Assembly: GCA_041859475.1 (NCBI GenBank)
Contig: JBHEKO010000545.1
Coordinates: 1-53,454 of the forward strand
Length of the DNA: 53,454 nucleotides
Direction: 5' to 3'
DNA from: Candidatus Hydrogenedentales bacterium
GTDB taxonomy: Bacteria; Hydrogenedentota; Hydrogenedentia; Hydrogenedentales; SLHB01
Below, one piece after another: positions 46,645 to 53,454 of this stretch. Position numbers and translations under genes: made by a program. The notes under the pieces were generated by a model. That model did no database searches. It was not told where the DNA came from and saw only the letters and a program-made list of their open reading frames with translations. Each line of letters starts with the position of its first letter. The stretch's first letter is position 1.

Positions 46645-47614
46645 TCTCGGCTCCTCCGTCATTGACCCCAGTGTTCCGAGTCCATCCTCGGGCTACGTCC
46701 TAATCACGGTCCTGTGGGCGCTCGTCGTACTCACCGCTCTCATGGTAGGTTTTGGCCGCCGCGCCATGTTCGACCAACGCGCTGCCGCCTACTCAATCGA
46801 TCACGCGGAAGCCTACTTCAAGGCCCGCGGAGCCATCGAGATGGGCATCGCCCATGTGCAAAATGAAGTGTTCATCCAGTCCCTGTACAACAACGTCGGC
46901 CTCGAATACAGCCTCAATCTACAGACGCGAAAAGCCGACATGATGGGTGCCGGCGGCGCGTTTGCTCCCGCGGATTCGGGACTCTACGAAGGCGACGAAG
47001 CCGGGTTCGAACTCGAAGACGCCGAGTCCCGCATTTCCCTCAATACCTCCAATGAGGACATCTTCGACAACATCGAAGACCTGAGCTTCACCACCGTCGA
47101 CGCAATTGTGGAACGACAGAAAACGAAAGACGACCCGGACAAAGGCAACCCATTCCTGACCATTGATGAAGCCCGCTACCTGAAGGGCATGACCGACAGC
47201 CTGTGGGATGGGGATCAGGATTCGAAAGGACTCCGCGATCTCTTCACCATCTACGGAGACGGCCGCATCAACATCAACACCGCCTCCGAGGAAGTCCTTA
47301 AGGCTATCCCCGAACTCTCCGACGATACTCGTGATTCGATCATCGGGTACCGCCAGGGGCCCGATGGAACTATCGACACGAAAGACGACCGGACCTTCCG
47401 CACCGTTGGCGAGCTGGTCAAGAGGCTTTCCCTTAGCCCAGAGCAACTCGCGCCCATTCAGAAGTATTGTAAGTTGAGGTCGCAGGTCTATAAAATCAAG
47501 GGCTTTGCAACCGATCGACAGGGGAAGATCCGCGTCACTGCCGAAGCGGTCGTCGGAATCAAACTCGATGAAGTTACCTTCCTCAATTGGATGGAGGGCG
47601 GAATTGGCTCGTAA
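46631..47614 (+). CDS. gspK: Tip pseudopilin GspK
   Basis: G|YVLITVLW (no Glu5, typical of K), 'EDAESRISLN', 'GRININTASEEVLKAIP' and HhH-like repeats. Confidence 0.88.
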   Translation: MRAHSLGSSVIDPSVPSPSSGYVLITVLWALVVLTALMVGFGRRAMFDQRAAAYSIDHAEAYFKARGAIEMGIAHVQNEVFIQSLYNNVGLEYSLNLQTRKADMMGAGGAFAPADSGLYEGDEAGFELEDAESRISLNTSNEDIFDNIEDLSFTTVDAIVERQKTKDDPDKGNPFLTIDEARYLKGMTDSLWDGDQDSKGLRDLFTIYGDGRININTASEEVLKAIPELSDDTRDSIIGYRQGPDGTIDTKDDRTFRTVGELVKRLSLSPEQLAPIQKYCKLRSQVYKIKGFATDRQGKIRVTAEAVVGIKLDEVTFLNWMEGGIGS

Positions 47615-49094
47615 GTCCTCGAATATCGCGATTCTACAGGTAGATGGCAACGTCATCTCCCTGCTGCGATGCCATCGAAGCCCCAAAGGCGTCGAAGTTC
47701 TCGACCACATCGTCGAGCGCGGCGCGTGGTCTTCGCAAGACGACTCGCTCAAGACAGCGCTGCGCGATTTCGCCGCCACGCATCGCGTCGCCGACGACCA
47801 TTTGTATTCCGTTCTTGCACGGCACGATATGACTGCCCGAATTCTCATGCTCCCTTCGGAATCCCCCGAAGAAATCGCGGGCATGGTGCGACTGAGTATC
47901 GAGGAATATGTCCCTTATCCTCCCCACGAAGTCGTCGTTGACCAGTGCGTCTTGCAGAAGATGTCCGACGGCCAGTCGCGCGTACTCGCCGTCCTTGCCC
48001 ATCGCGACATCGTCGAATCGCACGTCGCCCTTCTGAAATCCTGCGGCCTCGAACCCGAGCGAATCTTCGTGAGCACCGCGTGCCTCGGCGCGGCCTGCGC
48101 CTCGCTCCACGCTGGTGAGCGATGGGCTCTCCTCCACCTGGGCGCCGCGGGCATCGAGGTTCTCGTCTTCAACGCCGGCCGCATCGAATTCGGCCGCGGC
48201 GTCGCAACTGCCCATGATTGGTCCGCCAACGCGGACCAGGATTTCGAGGCCATCGAAGAGCTATCCGCGGAATTGCGCGCATCCCTCTCCGCCTATCGCC
48301 GCGAGAGCGATGATGGCGAATCCGTCGAGCGCGTCTATCTCTGCTCCGAATCGGCGGAAGTCGCGCGGATCGCCCAAGTCTTGGCCGATACTTCCGGTCT
48401 GGAGTGTTCGCCTGCGCGCATTCCCAAAAACCTCTGCACAAAAGGCGACGAACTGCTGAAAGGCGTGCCCCTGATTCCCCTGGGCGCAGCCTTGGCCGCG
48501 CAGGATCGCACCCCTTCGGTCATAGGCCTCGTGCCGCATTCCCTCTCCGAAAGCCGTCAGCGCGCCTCGTTCAAGAGTAAATTCTATCGCACGGCCGGAC
48601 TCGGTGTTGCAATCCTGATCGCCCTGCTCGCGGTCTATGGACAAGCCTCTTGGCAGCGAACCACCTATATCCGCGAGCTTCGACAGAAAGCCGACCAACT
48701 CAAGCCCGTCGCACTCGACGTCGAAACGAAGAAGAAGCAACTGGGGGTGCTGCAGCGTGGCCTCGATAGACGCGGCTCCGCGCTTGAACTCTTGGCCGAG
48801 TTGGTCAAGCGTGCGCCAAGCTCCGGCCTCAACATTACCCGGTTCGCCTTTGTCCACGGTCAGAGCATCACGGTCTCCGGACGCGCCGAGACCATTACCG
48901 TCGTCGAAAACTGGATCGATACGCTGCGCGAGGCCGGGAAATCGGAAGTCCTCCAATTCGCGCGAGTCCAACCCGGCTCGCACAAGCAGGTTGAAGAGAA
49001 CGGGAAGAACGTCTGGCAATACGAAATCGTCATTCCGTTGAGCGAAGGGGAAGCTGTCGCACCAACTGGGGAGGAAGCCGTCGATGAAGAATGA
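47604..49094 (+). CDS. GspL-like protein (PilM-type actin-like cytoplasmic domain + TM + PilN-like domain)
   Basis: TTG start with GGAGG SD. PilM-like 'EEYVPYPPHEVVVD', 'LLHLGAAGIEVLVF..G.I.F.R'; TM; PilN-like 'LNITRFAF...ITVSGRA'. Confidence 0.8.
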   Translation: MARKSSNIAILQVDGNVISLLRCHRSPKGVEVLDHIVERGAWSSQDDSLKTALRDFAATHRVADDHLYSVLARHDMTARILMLPSESPEEIAGMVRLSIEEYVPYPPHEVVVDQCVLQKMSDGQSRVLAVLAHRDIVESHVALLKSCGLEPERIFVSTACLGAACASLHAGERWALLHLGAAGIEVLVFNAGRIEFGRGVATAHDWSANADQDFEAIEELSAELRASLSAYRRESDDGESVERVYLCSESAEVARIAQVLADTSGLECSPARIPKNLCTKGDELLKGVPLIPLGAALAAQDRTPSVIGLVPHSLSESRQRASFKSKFYRTAGLGVAILIALLAVYGQASWQRTTYIRELRQKADQLKPVALDVETKKKQLGVLQRGLDRRGSALELLAELVKRAPSSGLNITRFAFVHGQSITVSGRAETITVVENWIDTLREAGKSEVLQFARVQPGSHKQVEENGKNVWQYEIVIPLSEGEAVAPTGEEAVDEE

Positions 49095-49109
49095 CCCAGG
49101 AGAGCCCCG

Positions 49110-50198
49110 GTGATCGGTTTCGTCAAAAAGCTCTCTCCCTCGGAGCGCAAGCTCGCCATCCTCGCTGGCGTCTTGTTGCTTGCCTCGATCTTTGTTGTCG
49201 GCACCCTGCGTGCCCTCGATAGCTTGGCCTCCATGGATGAAACCATCTACGGCTTGCAGCAAGACCTGCTGTACTACAAGCAACTGACCGTACAGGCCGA
49301 GGCCGTCGAAAAGGCTTATCAGGCCATTGCCGCGCAGCACTCCAGCCAGTGGACCCAAGAAGAAATCCATGACCGTCTGGGCCGCGAGATCAGACGGCTC
49401 GCTGCCAAGAACCTGCCCCAACCGGGAGTGGAGGTTCCTCCCGCTCAGGCAGGCAATGTGCTCGTCGATATCCGCTCAATGCCCAGCGGAACGCTCGAGG
49501 ACAGTGGAGAAGGGTATCGCAGCTATACAATTACGTTCCGCACGGAGCAAGCTCCGGTACTGAGCCTGGCCACCTTCCTTGAACGTCTGCAACAAAGCGA
49601 TCAGGCCCTGCGCGTCGACAGCATTGATATTTCCCGTCAGCCCGCAATAAACAGCGTCACGGCTTTCATGAAGGTGACGCGAACCGTCATTGGCGCTCCT
49701 AGCGCGGAGACTCCGGTTGCCCCCCCGAAGGCCCCCGCCGAAGTGGGCAACCTCGTGCGCAATCCCGGCTTTGAGGAGTGGGACCCCCAGACCTCCACAG
49801 CCAAGGAGTGGTCCGGTCAAGGCTGCACCGTTACCCAATCTCAGGACAACGTCACCGAGGGCAAGAGCAGTCTCCGCGTCGCAGCGGATCAAGACGCCGC
49901 CGCCTTCTATCAAGAACAGAATCTTGTCGGGGGCAGCACCTACGAAGTCGTCCTCGACCTTCAAGCCGAAGCCCCGGCCAACATCACCGTGGCGAACGGA
50001 AGTGATGGCGTCCCTCTGGGTGAAGGCCAGGCCGCCCGCTCCGACAGCGCGGTCTATCGCTATCGCTTGCGCTTCACCGTCCCCGGCGAGAGTGGGGCTA
50101 CTGTCTCCATTCGCGCCCCCTACATCGTTCTTAGTACGAAGACTGCCGTTGTAACCGTCGACAATGTGTCGCTTACCCGGATGGAGGACAAGCCGTGA
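49110..50198 (+). CDS. GspM/PilO-like protein fused to a C-terminal carbohydrate-binding-module-like jelly-roll domain
   Basis: N-terminal TM and coiled coil; ferredoxin-like PilO/GspM core ('LATFLERLQQS...LRVDSIDI'); Pro-rich linker; 'NLVRNPGFEEW...W...EGKSSLRV...GSTYEV...VDNVSL'. Confidence 0.78.
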   Translation: MIGFVKKLSPSERKLAILAGVLLLASIFVVGTLRALDSLASMDETIYGLQQDLLYYKQLTVQAEAVEKAYQAIAAQHSSQWTQEEIHDRLGREIRRLAAKNLPQPGVEVPPAQAGNVLVDIRSMPSGTLEDSGEGYRSYTITFRTEQAPVLSLATFLERLQQSDQALRVDSIDISRQPAINSVTAFMKVTRTVIGAPSAETPVAPPKAPAEVGNLVRNPGFEEWDPQTSTAKEWSGQGCTVTQSQDNVTEGKSSLRVAADQDAAAFYQEQNLVGGSTYEVVLDLQAEAPANITVANGSDGVPLGEGQAARSDSAVYRYRLRFTVPGESGATVSIRAPYIVLSTKTAVVTVDNVSLTRMEDKP

Positions 50199-50656
50199 AG
50201 CGTATCCTTCTTCCGCTTGCCGTTCTCCTGTTGCTTGCGTTGGTGGCCCTGTTGCTCGTCGGCTTCTTCAAGAGCCCCGTGATTGCCGAAAAGAACCGGT
50301 TCGCCGTCGAACTCGAAGACTTGCAGCCACCCCCCTATGCCCCCGACAACACCGAAGCCGACTCTTCCGCTTGGCGTAATGACGTCACGGTGAGGGCCGA
50401 TGTCTGGGAACCCCTGGTTGCCGCAGCCGTGCAAGCCGCTCCGCCTCCCAACCTCTCCGCCTTGCTCGCTGGCGTTCAACCCAAACGCAATAAGATGGCC
50501 GACAAGATCCAGATCATCGTGGACGGCAAGAAAGACTGGTACGGACAAGGCCAACAGATAAAAGGCTGTACCATCAAGGAGATCACCGACGCAGGAGTCA
50601 TGTTTTCGCTTGTTCAGGGCGGACAGGAATACAACGTAAGCATTCCGAGACGCTAA
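50195..50656 (+). CDS. GspC/PilP-position single-TM protein
   Basis: N-terminal TM, Pro-rich linker, short beta-domain 'GQQIKGCTIKEITDAGVMF' resembling the GspC HR / PilP fold; lies directly before the secretin. Confidence 0.6.
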   Translation: MKRILLPLAVLLLLALVALLLVGFFKSPVIAEKNRFAVELEDLQPPPYAPDNTEADSSAWRNDVTVRADVWEPLVAAAVQAAPPPNLSALLAGVQPKRNKMADKIQIIVDGKKDWYGQGQQIKGCTIKEITDAGVMFSLVQGGQEYNVSIPRR

Positions 50657-50796
50657 TGGGTCCCCCTGAAGCCGTTGAAAACCGGCTGTTGAATTTTAGA
50701 AGTTTGCGCTATACTGTAAATGGTTAACGTTCGCCATGGAGCCCTGAGTGGCTGGCCAGGCAGATGCTATTCCGTCTGAATCGCGGGAGGATTGAA

Positions 50797-53250
50797 GTGA
50801 GACGTATCTGGATGACCGCAGTGCTGACCACACTCGCGGCTGCATTGACGCCCGTGTCTTGGGCGCAGCAGAGCCCCGTCACTCCCACGCCCGTACCTAC
50901 CCCCGTTGTCGATGTGGGCGCGGGCGGCGGCGGAGCCATTGTCCAGAATTTCGCTCCAGATGGGCAGGACTCCCAGAGTGGAAGGGTCGCGCAGCCCGGA
51001 GGGGGCTCTCAACCGCAAGCGACGACGCAGCAGACCAGGGGAGCTTCGGTAAAGGCCATCAAGCAGGAGCGCCGTCAAGTTACCATCGGCGGGTCTGGAG
51101 CCTTTGAGCCTATCCTTCAACGCAAAGTCGAATACGGCGATGTCCCCGATGAGGGGCAACCCATTACGCTCCTTGCCACCGACGCGGCCGTGCCCGTAAT
51201 CGAACTCCTCGACTATGTCGCGACATCGACGGGCTGGAACATCATCGCTTCGAAGGGCCTTGAGGGCTTGGCTATCCGCTTTTGGGTGAACGAAGTCAAA
51301 CCGAAGCAAGTGATGTCCGTGCTCAAGTTCAACGGCATCCATTACGAATACGATGCCGAAAGTAAGTTCCTCTACGTAATGCTGAGCGAAGAGTATCTTG
51401 CCCGGCAGTTCGGCGCGGTTGAAAGCGCCGAATTCCAGATCAAACACGCCGACGTTATCGACATGGAGACCATTCTCTCCGCCCTCACGTCCGAATCGGG
51501 CAAGCTCGTCAGCGACCCCCGCACGGGCCGTATTCTCGTGTGGGACACCGAGGCCAACATCGAAGAGATGACCAAGGCCGTCGAGCAGATGGATGTCCCG
51601 CTCGAACCGCGCGTGTTCGCCCTCAAGCACCTCGCGGCCGAAGACCTGCTTGAATCCATCCAGAGCCTTCTCTCCGAGCGCGGTCTCGCCAACTCCGACC
51701 CCCGAACGAATTCCATCGTCGTCACCGACTTGCCAAGCCGCCAGGACCAGATCGGAAAGATGCTCGAAGCGCTCGATCAGAAGCTTGAAACGCGCACTTG
51801 GACCTTGAACTACGCCGATCCGAAGACCATTTCCGAACGTATCGAAGCCGTATTACCCGAAGACACCACCGGCTTGACCATTGATGAAGTTACGCACCAA
51901 GTTAGCATGACATCGATTCCAGCCCGCATTGAGGAACTGGACGAGATGATTAAGATGTGGGACGTCAAAGGCCGACAGGTCACGATCGAGGCTTACCTCG
52001 TCACGGCCTCCAGTACCGTCATGCGAAATCTCTCGATAAATTGGTCCTACTTCGACGAAATTTCGGGCGTGCCTTTTGCCATTCAAAGCGGCAACGCCAC
52101 TCCCGATTACACTTCAAGCCCCGAGTCGGGGCAACGCGCCACCGTCGGTCGCAAGCCCTATCGTGCGTTCCTCCGCGATTCGTTCAACAATTCTCCCATC
52201 CAGGAGGTCAGCAACCCCGATGGTGGCGAGGCAGGAAAGCTCACCGGCAACTACGTCCTCGACCCCGACTTCAAAGGCAATCGCGTTGCCGCCGTGCTGG
52301 ACTATCTCGACCGAAACGGCGAGATCCGCATCCTCGCGCGACCCCGCGTCACCGTGCAAGATGGGGAAGAGGCAAGCTTCGAAAACACCCGCGAAAACGC
52401 GTACCAGACCTTCGGCTTCTCCAATACGGGCATCGTCTCAAACGATCAAGACAACGGCATTGCCTCACGTGTCTCCCCGGGGAGCGTGCAATTCGTAACC
52501 ACCGGTACCATCCTGAAGGTCAAGCCTCGCATTAATGACGATGCGAATATCCTCATGGAGATTGAGGCCGAGGATAGCACCGCCGAAGACAAGACCATCG
52601 AGACCGCCAACCTGAAAAGTACCGTCCCTGAAAAGTCTCAGAACAAAGCAACCACGATGGTCTTGGTCAACAGCGGCCAAACCCTCGTGATTGGTGGCCT
52701 TCGCTTTGCCAGTCTCACCGACTCCGTCGACAAAGTGCCCATCCTTGGGGACATTCCGTTCTTGGGCCGCCTGTTCAAGGGCACCGAGAAGGATCACAGC
52801 AATCGCGAGTTGGCTGTGTTCATAACGTCAACCATCGTGGACGAATTCACACAGCCCGAAGCGGAAGAGCTTGCGAAATTCGACGCCGAAACTGCCGACA
52901 AGTTCCGCCACTCCAAAAAGAATACGTGGGGCCGCGTCCAGGATAGGATGTCGGGCGGCGCAAACGAGCTCTCGGTCGCTCTCGGAGACAATGGCAAGTT
53001 CTACGTCGATGAAAAGACCATCACCATCGACGAGCTTCAAGCTGAATTCGACAAGGCGCGCGAAGCCAAAATTAAGCCCACGGTCTATCTCCGAGCCCAT
53101 CCAAACGCACCAGCCGGCCTTGCCAGCGAAGTGAAGACGAGGGCAGAGGCCGCCGGGCTCAAGTTCAAGCAAGAAGAAAATGCGTCGCCCTTTGTCCCCT
53201 CCTACAAGGAGGACGCGCTACCGAACGACCGTCAATCGGAAGCTCCCTGA
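50797..53250 (+). CDS. gspD: Secretin GspD/PilQ with N0 and three N (KH-like) repeats plus a C-terminal ExbD/TolR-like domain
   Basis: GTG 50797 with GGGAGG SD gives a signal peptide. 'DPRTNSIVV' N-repeats, 'QVTIEA', 'ILARPRVTVQDGEEA', 'SGQTLVIGGL', 'VPILGDIPFLGRLFK', 'ELAVFITSTIV'. Confidence 0.93.
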   Translation: MRRIWMTAVLTTLAAALTPVSWAQQSPVTPTPVPTPVVDVGAGGGGAIVQNFAPDGQDSQSGRVAQPGGGSQPQATTQQTRGASVKAIKQERRQVTIGGSGAFEPILQRKVEYGDVPDEGQPITLLATDAAVPVIELLDYVATSTGWNIIASKGLEGLAIRFWVNEVKPKQVMSVLKFNGIHYEYDAESKFLYVMLSEEYLARQFGAVESAEFQIKHADVIDMETILSALTSESGKLVSDPRTGRILVWDTEANIEEMTKAVEQMDVPLEPRVFALKHLAAEDLLESIQSLLSERGLANSDPRTNSIVVTDLPSRQDQIGKMLEALDQKLETRTWTLNYADPKTISERIEAVLPEDTTGLTIDEVTHQVSMTSIPARIEELDEMIKMWDVKGRQVTIEAYLVTASSTVMRNLSINWSYFDEISGVPFAIQSGNATPDYTSSPESGQRATVGRKPYRAFLRDSFNNSPIQEVSNPDGGEAGKLTGNYVLDPDFKGNRVAAVLDYLDRNGEIRILARPRVTVQDGEEASFENTRENAYQTFGFSNTGIVSNDQDNGIASRVSPGSVQFVTTGTILKVKPRINDDANILMEIEAEDSTAEDKTIETANLKSTVPEKSQNKATTMVLVNSGQTLVIGGLRFASLTDSVDKVPILGDIPFLGRLFKGTEKDHSNRELAVFITSTIVDEFTQPEAEELAKFDAETADKFRHSKKNTWGRVQDRMSGGANELSVALGDNGKFYVDEKTITIDELQAEFDKAREAKIKPTVYLRAHPNAPAGLASEVKTRAEAAGLKFKQEENASPFVPSYKEDALPNDRQSEAP

Positions 53251-53273
53251 TTCTTCTGCCCAAGGCGGCACGC

Positions 53274-53454
53274 TTAGTCTTGAGGTGAAGCAGGGCGCAT
53301 AGCCGTGGCCAGCAGCAGCCCCCACCCAACGAGAAATGCCACCCCGCCAAACGGAGTTATGGCGCCAAGCCACCGTATGCCGCTGATGGCAAGCACGTAC
53401 AAGCTGCCCGAGAATATCAGCACGCCGGCGGTCCACATCACGCAAGATCGGAAG
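53274..53454 (-). CDS. DUF423 (YgdD/TMEM256) family membrane protein, 5'-partial
   Basis: Absent from the ORF track. Hand translation ...[38 protein letters not shown]... carries the DUF423 signature FSGSLY...LGAITPFGG; stop TAA at 53274-53276. Confidence 0.9.
   Translation of the reverse strand, partial: FRSCVMWTAGVLIFSGSLYVLAISGIRWLGAITPFGGVAFLVGWGLLLATAMRPASPQD

Noticed and set aside
41143-53250. Type IVa pilus rather than T2SS
   Set aside because: The major subunit has the GspG-specific C-terminus, a GspK is present, and no PilT/PilU is seen. PilM/N/O-like features alone are not decisive.

Overview
High-GC bacterial window. The gene content resembles Planctomycetota/Hydrogenedentota-type genomes, but the taxonomy is an inference. 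There are four blocks. (1) A 5'-truncated giant gene (1-3582) for a discoidin + hydrazine-synthase-alpha-like protein with two CxxCH heme motifs. (2) A tightly coupled 15-gene, 23-kb minus-strand operon (26787->3690): coiled-coil protein with paired CxxCxGxG motifs, Tat-lipoprotein NHL propeller, two vWA proteins, MoxR, DUF58, a GATase-like membrane protein, one ABC ATPase, four tandem internally duplicated ABC-2 permeases, and an Fe3+/AfuABC-family importer. (3) A housekeeping core: PTS IIA, D-LDH-family dehydrogenase, tRNA-Gly/Lys/Leu, tig-clpP-clpX-lon-engB, an orphan and a GT2. (4) A frameshifted ECF sigma / anti-sigma-TPR pair followed by an 11-gene type II secretion-like cluster (E-F-G-H-I-J-K-L-M-C/P-D; no prepilin peptidase in the window). 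The most unusual signals are an ExbD/TolR-like domain fused to the secretin C-terminus, a CBM-like domain fused to the GspM/PilO homolog, and REP-like hairpins that bracket gspG and sit inside the gspI leader. Also notable are an ECF sigma frameshift that could be repaired by collapse of a 14-nt direct repeat, and an apparent G/C strand-skew reversal near 28 kb. All assignments come from motif reading by eye; no database searches were run.
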